Source: a virus
Lineage: Duplodnaviria > Heunggongvirae > Uroviricota > Caudoviricetes
DNA length: 38,344 nucleotides
Strand: one strand, 5' to 3'
IMG/VR virus record: IMGVR_UViG_2740892016_000005
The notes beneath the pieces are model-generated. The model was not told the origin of the DNA. It saw only the letters and a list, made by a program, of their open reading frames with translations, and ran no database searches. A program made the translations under genes and the position numbers. Below, one piece after another: positions 17,369 to 25,980 of the stretch; within the stretch, counting starts at the first letter, position 1; every line of letters starts with the position of its first letter.

Positions 17369-17388
17369 GGCCCGTAAGGGCTTTTTTT
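17369..17388 (+). terminator. Hairpin plus T-run after the capsid gene
   Basis: GGCCC-gtaa-GGGC followed by TTTTTTT; short stem, so possibly a partial terminator. Confidence 0.45.
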
Positions 17389-17431
17389 GTACCTGAAATC
17401 AGCCCCTGAACGGGGCTGTGCGGAGACAGTT

Positions 17432-17755
17432 ATGGCAAAGAATTTTGTAGAAGAAGGAAAAACGGTGGCGATTGTTGCCAGTGCAGCCATCAGCAGCGGA
17501 GATCTGGTGCAGGTGGGCGATGTTTTTGCGGTGGCGCTGACCGATATTCCACAGGGTGAAACAGGCGACGGCATGACCGAAGGTGTGTTTATGCTGCCTA
17601 AGCTGAAAACGGATGACATGAAAACGGGTAAGAAGGTTTATCTGAAGTCCGGAAAAGTTCAGCTGACTAACAGCGGCTCTGATCCGCTGGTCGGGGTTGT
17701 CTGGACAGATGCTGGAACCAGTGCAGAAGAAGTGCCGGTAAAACTCAATGTCTGA
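17432..17755 (+). CDS. Small head-associated protein (possibly DUF2190-like decoration or connector protein)
   Basis: ORF 17387..17755 trimmed to ATG 17432 (RBS ggag); 107 aa; assignment by position and vague family resemblance only. Confidence 0.45.
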   Translation: MAKNFVEEGKTVAIVASAAISSGDLVQVGDVFAVALTDIPQGETGDGMTEGVFMLPKLKTDDMKTGKKVYLKSGKVQLTNSGSDPLVGVVWTDAGTSAEEVPVKLNV

Positions 17756-18023
17756 TCCCTTTTCCCGGCTGGCAGCGCGTATGGATGCTATCACGGTCAG
17801 AAAGATGGGAAAGACAGCCTCGATTAATGATGTCGATATGACTGTGATCCCGGGAGAAACACTGGCAGAGCTGAATGCTCTGTCCGGACCTGCGGTCTCT
17901 CTGGTGGTGTTTTCTTCGGGATACCGCCCACGGCGCGGGGATCGCGTTGTTTATGACGGACAACAATGGACGGTCACACGGCATGAACGCTTTAACGGTA
18001 AGCCAATGATCTTTATTGAGTAA
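17748..18023 (+). CDS. Head-tail connector, gpFII-like
   Basis: 91 aa; YRPRRGDRVVYDGQQWTVTRHERFNGKP resembles the lambda FII C-terminal region (RQLRRGDTLTIGEENFWVDRVSPDDGGS). Confidence 0.6.
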   Translation: MSDPFSRLAARMDAITVRKMGKTASINDVDMTVIPGETLAELNALSGPAVSLVVFSSGYRPRRGDRVVYDGQQWTVTRHERFNGKPMIFIE

Positions 18024-18034
18024 AGAGGTGTGGG

Positions 18035-18625
18035 ATGAAGGGGCTTGAGAATGCCATCCGCAATCTGAACAGCCTTGATACCCGTATGGTGCCACAGGCC
18101 AGCGCATGGGCGATAAACCGTGTGGCACAGAAAGCGGTCTCGGTTGCCACCCGGCAGGTTGCCGGGAATACCGTTGCGGGAGATAACCAGGTGAAAGGGA
18201 TCCCCCTGAAACTGGTACGTCAGCGTGTCCGGGTGTTTAAAGCCAGTCCGTCAGGAAAAATGACGGCCAGGATCCGCGTTAACCGGGGCAATCTGCCCGC
18301 CATCAAACTGAACACAACACGGCGGCGTGCTGGTGAAGGACTGAGAGTGGGAAAATACTTTTTCCGGGGGGCATTTGTTCAGCAACTGGCGAATGGCCGC
18401 TGGCATGTTCTGAGGCGTCTTCCTGAAGCGCGTTTTGCAACAGGGCATGACCATCAGGGCAGGCCAAGAAAAAATCGTCTTCCTGTGGAGGTAGTGAAAA
18501 TCCCGCTGTCCGGACCGCTGACACAGGCATTTGAAGATGCCCGCGACCGCATCATTGCTGCGGAAATGCCGAAACAGCTGGGGTATGCACTGAAACAACA
18601 ACTGAGGTTATGGCTGACCCGATGA
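18035..18625 (+). CDS. Z: Tail completion protein Z
   Basis: 196 aa; aligns by eye along its length with lambda gpZ (MKGLENAIRNL...RIRVNRGNLPAIKL...QQLANGRWHVLRR...VVKIPLSGPLTQAF...LGYALKQQLR). Confidence 0.8.
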   Translation: MKGLENAIRNLNSLDTRMVPQASAWAINRVAQKAVSVATRQVAGNTVAGDNQVKGIPLKLVRQRVRVFKASPSGKMTARIRVNRGNLPAIKLNTTRRRAGEGLRVGKYFFRGAFVQQLANGRWHVLRRLPEARFATGHDHQGRPRKNRLPVEVVKIPLSGPLTQAFEDARDRIIAAEMPKQLGYALKQQLRLWLTR

Positions 18626-19023
18626 ACCGACATACACAAATCCGCCAGGTCGTACTGGCACGCCTTCGGGAACAGTGTGGAGACAGCGCCACGTTTTTTG
18701 ACGGGCTTCCGGCATTTGTTGATGCGCAGGAACTGCCTGCCGTGGCGGTGTGGCTGAGTGATGCTCAGTACACCGGAAAAATGACGGATGAAGATGACTG
18801 GCAGGCTGTTCTGCATATTGCTGTCTTCATCCGGGCACAGGCACCGGATTCAGAGCTGGATACGTGGATGGAGAGCACCATTTTCCCGGCCCTGAATGAT
18901 GTACCGGCACTTTCCGGACTCATCGACACCCTGATCCCACTCGGTTTTAACTATCAACGTGATAATGAGATGGCCACCTGGGCGATGGCGGAAATCACGT
19001 ACCAGATCACGTACACGAATTAA
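18622..19023 (+). CDS. U: Tail terminator protein U
   Basis: ORF 18610..19023 trimmed to ATG 18622 (ATGA overlap with Z stop); ATFFDGLPAFVDAQELPAVAVWLSDAQYTG...PDSELDTWMES matches lambda gpU. Confidence 0.8.
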   Translation: MNRHTQIRQVVLARLREQCGDSATFFDGLPAFVDAQELPAVAVWLSDAQYTGKMTDEDDWQAVLHIAVFIRAQAPDSELDTWMESTIFPALNDVPALSGLIDTLIPLGFNYQRDNEMATWAMAEITYQITYTN

Positions 19024-19033
19024 GGAGGTGGCA

Positions 19034-19777
19034 ATGACCACACCAAATCCACTGGCAAAGACGAAAGGTGCGGGGACGACGTTCTGGATGTATACCGGCA
19101 ACGGCGACGCATTTGCGAACCCTTTGTCGGACACTGACTGGCTGCGTCTTGCGATGGTGAAGGATCTGCAACCTGGCGAAATGACCGCTGATGCAGAAGA
19201 TGATACTTATCTCGATGATGAAGATGCAGACTGGAAAACGACAACCCAGGGGCAGAAATCAGTCGGTGATACTTCGGCGACGCTGGCCTGGCGTCCGGGT
19301 GACAGCGGGCAGAAAAAACTGGTTCAGTTGTTCGACTCCGGTGAAGTCTGCGCGTTTCGTATCAAATATCCCAACGGTACTGTTGATGTTTTCCGTGGCT
19401 GGCTGAGTTCACTGGGTAAAACCATTGCCTCAAAAGACGTGATGACCCGCACTGTGAAAATCAGCGGTGTGGGGCGTCCGTATCTGGCAGAGGAAGGCAC
19501 TGAAACAGTGAGCGTTACCGGGCTGACGGTGGCACCGGCATCTGCCAGTGTAAAAGTGGGAGCAACCACCACGCTGACCTTTACAGTAAAACCTGACGGA
19601 GCCAGTGACAAAGCGATCAGTGTGCATTCGTCAGATCCACAGACTGCCACGGTGACCCTGAACGGGCTTGTAGCCACGGTGAAAGGCGTGAAGCAGGGCA
19701 GTGTCAGCATTGTGGGCATGACCGCTGACGGGAATTTTGTGGCTGTGGCTGCGGTGACTGTCAGCGCCGCAGGTTAA
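19034..19777 (+). CDS. V: Major tail protein V with C-terminal Ig-like domain
   Basis: ORF 18959..19777 trimmed to ATG 19034 (RBS aggaggtg). Strongly lambda gpV-like (GAGTTFWMYTGNGDAFANPLSDTDW...YLDDEDADW...NGTVDVFRGW...). Confidence 0.9.
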   Translation: MTTPNPLAKTKGAGTTFWMYTGNGDAFANPLSDTDWLRLAMVKDLQPGEMTADAEDDTYLDDEDADWKTTTQGQKSVGDTSATLAWRPGDSGQKKLVQLFDSGEVCAFRIKYPNGTVDVFRGWLSSLGKTIASKDVMTRTVKISGVGRPYLAEEGTETVSVTGLTVAPASASVKVGATTTLTFTVKPDGASDKAISVHSSDPQTATVTLNGLVATVKGVKQGSVSIVGMTADGNFVAVAAVTVSAAG

Positions 19778-19797
19778 CAGGACGATACTCATCATTT

Positions 19798-19821
19798 GCC
19801 CCGGTTATCCGGGGCTTTTTT
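19798..19821 (+). terminator. Intrinsic terminator after the major tail gene
   Basis: GCCCCGG-ttat-CCGGGGC followed by TTTTTT. Confidence 0.55.
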
Positions 19822-19834
19822 GCAGGTGGAGAAC

Positions 19835-20224
19835 ATGATGTTTCTGAAACAGGGCACGTTTAATTATGAAAAACAGTCCGTGGTGCTCAGTGAGCTGTCC
19901 GGGCTGCAGAGAATTGAATATCTGGCGTTTGTTCAGCAGCGAACGGCAAAGTTTGATGCCGGTGAGGGAGAACTGCCGGAGGCTGAACGACAGATTGCTT
20001 TTCTGCGGATGGGGATGGATATCAATGCCTGGCTGGTTTCCCGCTCACTGTGGAATGCGGATCAGTCTAAGGATGTAGAGACGCTTTGCGCATCCGTTAT
20101 TACAACATGGTCGTATGATGCCCTGGGTGCGGGGGCGGAGATGGTTCTGTCGCTGAGCGGTATGGGGGCCATTGATAATGCCGGGGATGATGAGCATGAG
20201 GCGCTGACGCCGGAAAAGTCCTGA
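19835..20224 (+). CDS. G: Tail assembly chaperone G
   Basis: ORF 19796..20224 trimmed to ATG 19835 (RBS aggtggag); begins MMFLKQ like lambda gpG (MFLK...); contains LSELSGLQRIEYLAF. Confidence 0.8.
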   Translation: MMFLKQGTFNYEKQSVVLSELSGLQRIEYLAFVQQRTAKFDAGEGELPEAERQIAFLRMGMDINAWLVSRSLWNADQSKDVETLCASVITTWSYDALGAGAEMVLSLSGMGAIDNAGDDEHEALTPEKS

Positions 20225-20562
20225 CGCGGGAAATGCAGTTTGTCATGCGGCTTGCCCGGGAGTTCCGGCGGGCAGACTGGCGGCGGATGCTGTCGGAAAT
20301 GTCGGCCACTGAGCTTGGTGAGTGGGGCGATTATTTCCGGATGCAGAGCTTCAGTGATGTGTGGATGGATGCGCAGTTTGCCTCGCTGAAGGCATTGATC
20401 GTGAGAATGGTGTCCGGCAGCAGTGATGCTGCGGTGGCTGATTTCAGCCTTTTACCGGAAGAGAACGGGATACCGGAGCGAACGGACGAAGAACTGATGC
20501 ATCTTGGGGAAGGTATTTCCGGAGGTGTGCGTTATGGACCAGATAGCCAACCTGGTCATTGA
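20212..20562 (+). CDS. T: T-frame extension of the tail assembly chaperone (G-T fusion by programmed -1 frameshift)
   Basis: The -1 frame is closed by TGA at 20197-20199 and open from 20200 to 20562, so a shift must occur at 20200-20224. The only slippery-like heptamer there is GGAAAAG at 20212-20218 (lambda uses GGGAAAG). The T frame overlaps the tape-measure start. Confidence 0.6.
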   Translation, partial: GKVLTREMQFVMRLAREFRRADWRRMLSEMSATELGEWGDYFRMQSFSDVWMDAQFASLKALIVRMVSGSSDAAVADFSLLPEENGIPERTDEELMHLGEGISGGVRYGPDSQPGH

Positions 20563-23500
20563 TTTGGGGATTGATGCGGCAGAGTTTAAAAATGAAATCC
20601 CCCGTATCAAAAACCTTCTGAATGGTGCAGCCAGCGATGCAGAACGGTCTTCTGCCCGTATGCAGCGTTTTATGGAGCGTCAGACTCAGGCCGCCCGGCA
20701 GACAACGCAGGCGGCGTCTTCGGCTGCAACAGCCGCATCCGTCCATGCGCAGACGGTGGAGAAGAACGCACAGGCTCATGAACGCATGGCCCGCGAGGTG
20801 GAGAAAACCCGCCAGCGCATGGAGGTGCTGAGCCAGAAAATGCGCGAGGAACAGGCGCAGGCCATGGCTCTGGCGGAGGCTCAGGATAAAGCGGCTGCTG
20901 CGTTTTATCGTCAGATTGACAGTGTGAAACAGGCCAGTGCGGGTCTGCAGGAATTACAGCGTATTCAGCAGCAGATCCGACAGGCCAGAAACAGTGGCGG
21001 GATTGGTCAGCAGGATTATCTGGCGCTGATTTCTGAGGTTACGGCGAAAACCCGTGTTCTTACACAGGCTGAGGAAGAGGCTACCCGACAGAAAGTGGCG
21101 TTTATCCGTCAGCTTAAAGAGCAGGCAACCCGCCAGAATCTTTCTTCTTCTGAGTTGCTTCGTGCTAAGGCTGCCCAGCTGGGGGTAAGCAGTGCTGCAG
21201 AAGTGTATATCCGCAAAATGGAGCAGGCAGGAAAAGCCACGCATTCGCTGGGGCTGAAAAGTGCAGCGGCCCGTCAGGAGATAGGCGTTCTGATAGGTGA
21301 ACTGGCCCGCGGAAATTTAGGTGCGCTGAGGGGATCCGGAATAACGCTGGCTAACCGTGCCGGGTGGATAGACACATTGATGTCACCGAAAGGCATGATG
21401 CTTGGCGGGGTTATTGGCGGTATTGCCGCGGCTGTCTATGGTCTGGGTAAAGCCTGGTATGACGGTCAGAAGGAGGGGGAAGAATTTAACCGCCAGCTGT
21501 CGCTGACGGGGCATTATGCCGGAGTCACTGCCGGGCAGCTGTGGACGCTCAGTCGTGCTATTTCCGGGAATGGTATCACGCAACATGCTGCAGCCGGTGC
21601 GCTGGCTCAGGTGGTGGGGAGTGGTGCATTTCGTGGAAACGATATCGGTATGGTGGCGAGAGCTGCCGCACAGATGGAGCGATCGGTTGGCCAGTCGGTC
21701 AGCGATACCATAAATCAGTTTAAGCGGCTGAAGGATGATCCTGTAAATGCCGCGAAGTCTCTGGACAATGAGCTGCATTTTCTTACTGCCACTCAGCTTG
21801 AGCAGATACGCGTCCTTGGAGAGCAGGGGCGGTCCAGTGATGCGGCACGGATAGCCATGTCTGCACTGGCAGAGGAAACCGGTCGGCGTACTGCGGATAT
21901 TGATAATAACCTCAATGCGCTGGGCAGTACGCTGCAAACTTTGTCTGACTGGTGGAAGCAGTTCTGGGATGCGGCCATGAATATTGGTCGTGAAGATTCG
22001 CTGGATGCGCAGATTGCCACTTTGCAGGAGAAAGTGTCGCGGGCGAAAAGACTCCCCTGGACGGCATCATCTTCTCAGGTTGAATACGATCAGCAGCGTC
22101 TTAACGATCTTCAGGAGAAAAAACGCCAGAAGGATTTGCAGGATGCAAAAGAGCAGGCAGAGCGGAATTATCAGGAGCAACAGAAACGCCGTAATGCTGA
22201 AAATGCTGCACTGAACCGGATGAATGAAACGGAAGCTGCACGACATCAGCGTGAAATTGCGCGTATTAATGCCATGCAGTACGCCGATCAGGCTGTCAGG
22301 GATGCGGCGATACAACGTGAAAATGAACGTTACGAGAAAGCCCTGGCATCCGGTAAGAAAAAAACACGCGAAACCCGTAATGATGAGGCCACCCGGTTAT
22401 TGCTGCAGTACAGTCAGCAACAGGCACAGGTGGAAGGACAGATTGCTGCTGCAAGACAGTCAGCAGGCATTGCCACTGAAAAGATGACAGAAGCGCATAA
22501 ACAGCTTCTGGCTCTGCAGCAGCGCATCAGCGATCTGGACGGGAAAAAACTGACGGCAGATGAAAAGAGTGTGCTGGCCCGTAAAGATGAACTGATTCAG
22601 GCACTGACGCTGCTGGATGTAAAACAGCAGGAGCTTCAGAAACAGACGGCACTCAACGATCTGAAGAAAAAAACAATTCAGCTGACCAGTCAACTGGCTG
22701 AAGAAGAGCGCGCTCAGCGTCAGCAACATGACCTGGATATCGCCACGGTTGGTATGGGTGATCAGCAGCGGCAGCGATATCAGGTACAACTGAGTCTTCG
22801 CCAGAAATACCAGCAACAGCTGGAGCAGTTGAGGCGGGATAGTGAGCAGAAAGGGACATATAACACGGATGACTACAGAAAGGCCGAGCAGGCGCTGACG
22901 GAGAGCCTGAACCGACAACTGAATGAGAATCGCCGTTACTGGCAACAGCTTGAAATTGCTCAGGGTAATTGGAAAAACGGAGTCCTGCGTGCACTCCAGA
23001 ATGTCACTGAGAATGCGGATAACACAGCCGGGACAGTGGAACAGTTGTTCACGTCTGCGTTCAGTAGCATGAGTGACTGGCTGGCGACATTCTGTACTAC
23101 AGGCAAACTCAATTTCAAATCTTTTACTTCTTCTGTGCTGTCAGATATGTCCAGAATCATGGCTCAGATAGCTTTAATGAAAGCGGTAAAAGGCATTGCT
23201 TCCGCGCTGCCTTTTGATTTTGTAGCCAATGCTGATGGCGGTGTTTATCAGTCGGCTGATTTGAGTCGCTACAGTGGCACGGTGGTTAACCGTCCGACGT
23301 TTTTTGCTTTTGCAAAAGGCGCGGGTGTGATGGGGGAAGCTGGACCTGAAGCCATTCTGCCACTGCGTCGTGGTGCTGACGGTAAGCTGGGGGTTGTGGC
23401 GGATATTGGTGGTTCAGGTATGGCGATGTTTGCCCCGCAGTACAACATCGAGATCAATAACGATGGCACGAACGGGCAGATAGGTCCGGCTGCCCTGAAG

Positions 23501-23590
23501 GTGGTTTATGACCTTGGGAAAAAAGCGGCAGCGGACTTTATGCAACAGCAGGCCCGTGATGGTGGTCGGTTAAGTGGAGCATATCGGTAA
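20534..23590 (+). CDS. H: Tail tape measure protein H
   Basis: ORF 20504..23590 trimmed to ATG 20534 (RBS ggaggtg); ~1018 aa, coiled-coil and Q/A/R-rich, with the conserved C-terminal region typical of lambda H. Confidence 0.9.
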   Translation: MDQIANLVIDLGIDAAEFKNEIPRIKNLLNGAASDAERSSARMQRFMERQTQAARQTTQAASSAATAASVHAQTVEKNAQAHERMAREVEKTRQRMEVLSQKMREEQAQAMALAEAQDKAAAAFYRQIDSVKQASAGLQELQRIQQQIRQARNSGGIGQQDYLALISEVTAKTRVLTQAEEEATRQKVAFIRQLKEQATRQNLSSSELLRAKAAQLGVSSAAEVYIRKMEQAGKATHSLGLKSAAARQEIGVLIGELARGNLGALRGSGITLANRAGWIDTLMSPKGMMLGGVIGGIAAAVYGLGKAWYDGQKEGEEFNRQLSLTGHYAGVTAGQLWTLSRAISGNGITQHAAAGALAQVVGSGAFRGNDIGMVARAAAQMERSVGQSVSDTINQFKRLKDDPVNAAKSLDNELHFLTATQLEQIRVLGEQGRSSDAARIAMSALAEETGRRTADIDNNLNALGSTLQTLSDWWKQFWDAAMNIGREDSLDAQIATLQEKVSRAKRLPWTASSSQVEYDQQRLNDLQEKKRQKDLQDAKEQAERNYQEQQKRRNAENAALNRMNETEAARHQREIARINAMQYADQAVRDAAIQRENERYEKALASGKKKTRETRNDEATRLLLQYSQQQAQVEGQIAAARQSAGIATEKMTEAHKQLLALQQRISDLDGKKLTADEKSVLARKDELIQALTLLDVKQQELQKQTALNDLKKKTIQLTSQLAEEERAQRQQHDLDIATVGMGDQQRQRYQVQLSLRQKYQQQLEQLRRDSEQKGTYNTDDYRKAEQALTESLNRQLNENRRYWQQLEIAQGNWKNGVLRALQNVTENADNTAGTVEQLFTSAFSSMSDWLATFCTTGKLNFKSFTSSVLSDMSRIMAQIALMKAVKGIASALPFDFVANADGGVYQSADLSRYSGTVVNRPTFFAFAKGAGVMGEAGPEAILPLRRGADGKLGVVADIGGSGMAMFAPQYNIEINNDGTNGQIGPAALKVVYDLGKKAAADFMQQQARDGGRLSGAYR

Positions 23591-23919
23591 TGGAGACGTT
23601 TCACTGGAAAGTGCGCCCGGATATGAATGTGGTATCAGAGCCGAAAGTGGTGACAGTGAAGCTGGGCGATGGTTATGAACAGCGTCGTGCGGCGGGACTG
23701 AATAACCAGTTGTCGACTTACAGCGTGACGATACGTGTTCGTAAATGTGAACACCCATCTTTAAAAGCCTTTCTGGAACGGCACGGTGGCGTCCGCGCAT
23801 TTCAGTGGACGCCACCTTATGACTGGAAGCCGATCAGGGTGGTTTGTCGTAAATGGTCGGCAAGCGTGGGGGCGTTGTGGGTAACCATAACGGCAGATTT
23901 TGAACAGGTCGTGGCATAG
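23590..23919 (+). CDS. M: Minor tail protein M
   Basis: 109 aa; lambda gpM-like throughout (METFHWKVRPDM...GDGYEQR...TYSVT...HGG...WTPPYDWKPI...FEQVV). Confidence 0.9.
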   Translation: METFHWKVRPDMNVVSEPKVVTVKLGDGYEQRRAAGLNNQLSTYSVTIRVRKCEHPSLKAFLERHGGVRAFQWTPPYDWKPIRVVCRKWSASVGALWVTITADFEQVVA

Positions 23920-23928
23920 GAGGCTCTG

Positions 23929-24627
23929 ATGCAGGATATTCCACAGGAAACACATCATGAGACGACACGCCTCACTCAGTCAGCCCAGGTGGTGCTCTGG
24001 GAAATCGATCTGACAGAGGTCGGTGGTGAACGTTATTTTTTCTGTAATGAGCAGAACGAAAAAGGTGAGCCGGTTACCTGGCAGGGGCGGCAGTATCAGG
24101 CATACCCCATTCAGGGGACGGGATTTGAACTGAACGGCAAGGGCAGTGCTGCCCGTCCGACACTGACGGTTTCTAACCTGCACGGAATGGTCACCGGGAT
24201 GGCGGAAGACCTGCAGAGTCTGGTCGGCGGAACGGTGGTCAGGCGTAAGGTTTACGCCCGTTTTCTGGATGCGGTGAACTTCGTCAACGGAAACAGTGAC
24301 GCCGATCCGGAGCAGGAGGTGATCAGCCGCTGGCGCATCGAGCAGTGCAGCGAACTGAGCGCGGTCAGTGCCTCTTTTGTACTGTCCACGCCGACGGAAA
24401 CGGACGGTGCTGTTTTTCCGGGGCGCATCATGCTGGCTAATACCTGCACCTGGACCTATCGCGGTGATGAGTGCGGTTATCACGGTCCGGCTGTCGCTGA
24501 TGAATATGACCAGCCGACGTCCGATATCACGAAGGATAAATGCAGCAAATGCCTGAGTGGTTGTAAGTTTCGCAATAACGTCGGCAACTTTGGCGGCTTC
24601 CTTTCCATTAACAAACTTTCGCAGTAA
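23929..24627 (+). CDS. L: Minor tail protein L
   Basis: 232 aa; almost identical to lambda gpL as recalled, including the C-terminal Cys cluster. Confidence 0.9.
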   Translation: MQDIPQETHHETTRLTQSAQVVLWEIDLTEVGGERYFFCNEQNEKGEPVTWQGRQYQAYPIQGTGFELNGKGSAARPTLTVSNLHGMVTGMAEDLQSLVGGTVVRRKVYARFLDAVNFVNGNSDADPEQEVISRWRIEQCSELSAVSASFVLSTPTETDGAVFPGRIMLANTCTWTYRGDECGYHGPAVADEYDQPTSDITKDKCSKCLSGCKFRNNVGNFGGFLSINKLSQ

Positions 24628-24631
24628 TCCC

Positions 24632-25375
24632 ATGACACAGACAGAATCAGCGATTCTGGCGCACGCCCGGCGATGTGCGCCAGCGGAGTCGTGCGGCTTC
24701 GTGGTGAGAACGCCGGAGGGGGAAAGATATTTTCCCTGCGTGAATATCTCCGGTGAGCCGGAGGCGTATTTCCGGATGTCGCCGGAGGACTGGCTGCGGG
24801 CAGAGATGCAGGGTGAGATTGTGGCGCTGGTCCACAGCCACCCCGGTGGTCTGCCCTGGCTGAGTGAGGCTGACAGGCGGCTGCAGGTGCAGAGCGATTT
24901 GCCTTGGTGGCTGGTCTGCCGGGGTGAGATTCATAAATTCCGCTGTGTGCCACATCTTACCGGGCGGCGCTTTGAGCACGGGGTGACGGACTGTTACACG
25001 CTGTTCCGGGATGCTTATCATCTGGCGGGGATTGAGATGCCGGATTTTCATCGCGGGGATGACTGGTGGCGTCACGGTCAGAATCTCTATCTGGATAATC
25101 TGGAGGCCACAGGGCTGTATCAGGTGCCGTTGTCAGCGGCGCAGCCGGGCGATGTGCTGCTGTGCTGTTTTGGTTCATCGGTGCCGAATCATGCCGCCAT
25201 TTACTGTGGTGACGGCGAGCTGCTGCACCATATTCCTGAACAACTGAGCAAACGAGAGAGGTATACCGACAAATGGCAGCGACGCACACACTCCCTCTGG
25301 CGTCACCGGGCATGGCGCGCATCTGCCTTTACGGGGATTTGCAACGATTTGGCCGCCGCATCGACCTTCGTGTGA
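24632..25375 (+). CDS. K: Tail assembly protein K (MPN/JAB plus NlpC/P60 domains)
   Basis: ORF 24557..25375 trimmed to ATG 24632; near-identical to lambda gpK as recalled (MTQTESAILAHARRCAPAESCGFVV...HSHPGG...). Confidence 0.9.
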   Translation: MTQTESAILAHARRCAPAESCGFVVRTPEGERYFPCVNISGEPEAYFRMSPEDWLRAEMQGEIVALVHSHPGGLPWLSEADRRLQVQSDLPWWLVCRGEIHKFRCVPHLTGRRFEHGVTDCYTLFRDAYHLAGIEMPDFHRGDDWWRHGQNLYLDNLEATGLYQVPLSAAQPGDVLLCCFGSSVPNHAAIYCGDGELLHHIPEQLSKRERYTDKWQRRTHSLWRHRAWRASAFTGICNDLAAASTFV

Positions 25376-25920
25376 AAACGGGGGCCGAAGCCATCCGGGC
25401 GCTGGCCACACAGCTCCCGGCGTTTCGTCAGAAACTGAATGACGGCTGGTATCAGGTGCGCATTGCCGGGCGTGATGCAGGTGAAACCGAATTATCTGCC
25501 CGTCTTAATGAGCCGCTGGCAAATGGTGTCGTGATCCATATCGTGCCGCGTCTGGCGGGAGCTAAAAGTGGCGGTGTATTTCAGGTGGTGCTGGGGGCGG
25601 CGTTGATTGCGGTGGCATGGTGGAACCCTGTGGGCTGGCTGGGTGCCGCGGCTGTATCGGGCATGTATGCGGCAGGGGCCAGTATGATCCTGGGCGGTGT
25701 GGCGCAGATGCTGGCACCGAAAGCCAGGACGTCCACGGCAGCCAGTACAGATAACGGCAAACAGAACACCTATTTTTCCTCACTGGATAACATGGTTGCT
25801 CAGGGCAATGTTTTGCCTGTTCTGTACGGTGAAATGCGTGTGGGGTCGCGGGTGGTTTCTCAGGAGATCAGCACGGCAGACGAAGGGGACGGTGGTCAGG
25901 TTGTGGTGATTGGTCGCTGA
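25273..25920 (+). CDS. I: Tail assembly protein I
   Basis: 215 aa; N- and C-terminal regions near-identical to lambda gpI as recalled; overlaps the K 3' end as in lambda. Confidence 0.9.
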   Translation: MAATHTLPLASPGMARICLYGDLQRFGRRIDLRVKTGAEAIRALATQLPAFRQKLNDGWYQVRIAGRDAGETELSARLNEPLANGVVIHIVPRLAGAKSGGVFQVVLGAALIAVAWWNPVGWLGAAAVSGMYAAGASMILGGVAQMLAPKARTSTAASTDNGKQNTYFSSLDNMVAQGNVLPVLYGEMRVGSRVVSQEISTADEGDGGQVVVIGR

Positions 25921-25980
25921 TGCAAAATGTTTTATGTGAAACCGCCTCCGGGCGGTTTTGTCGTTTATGGAGCATGACGA

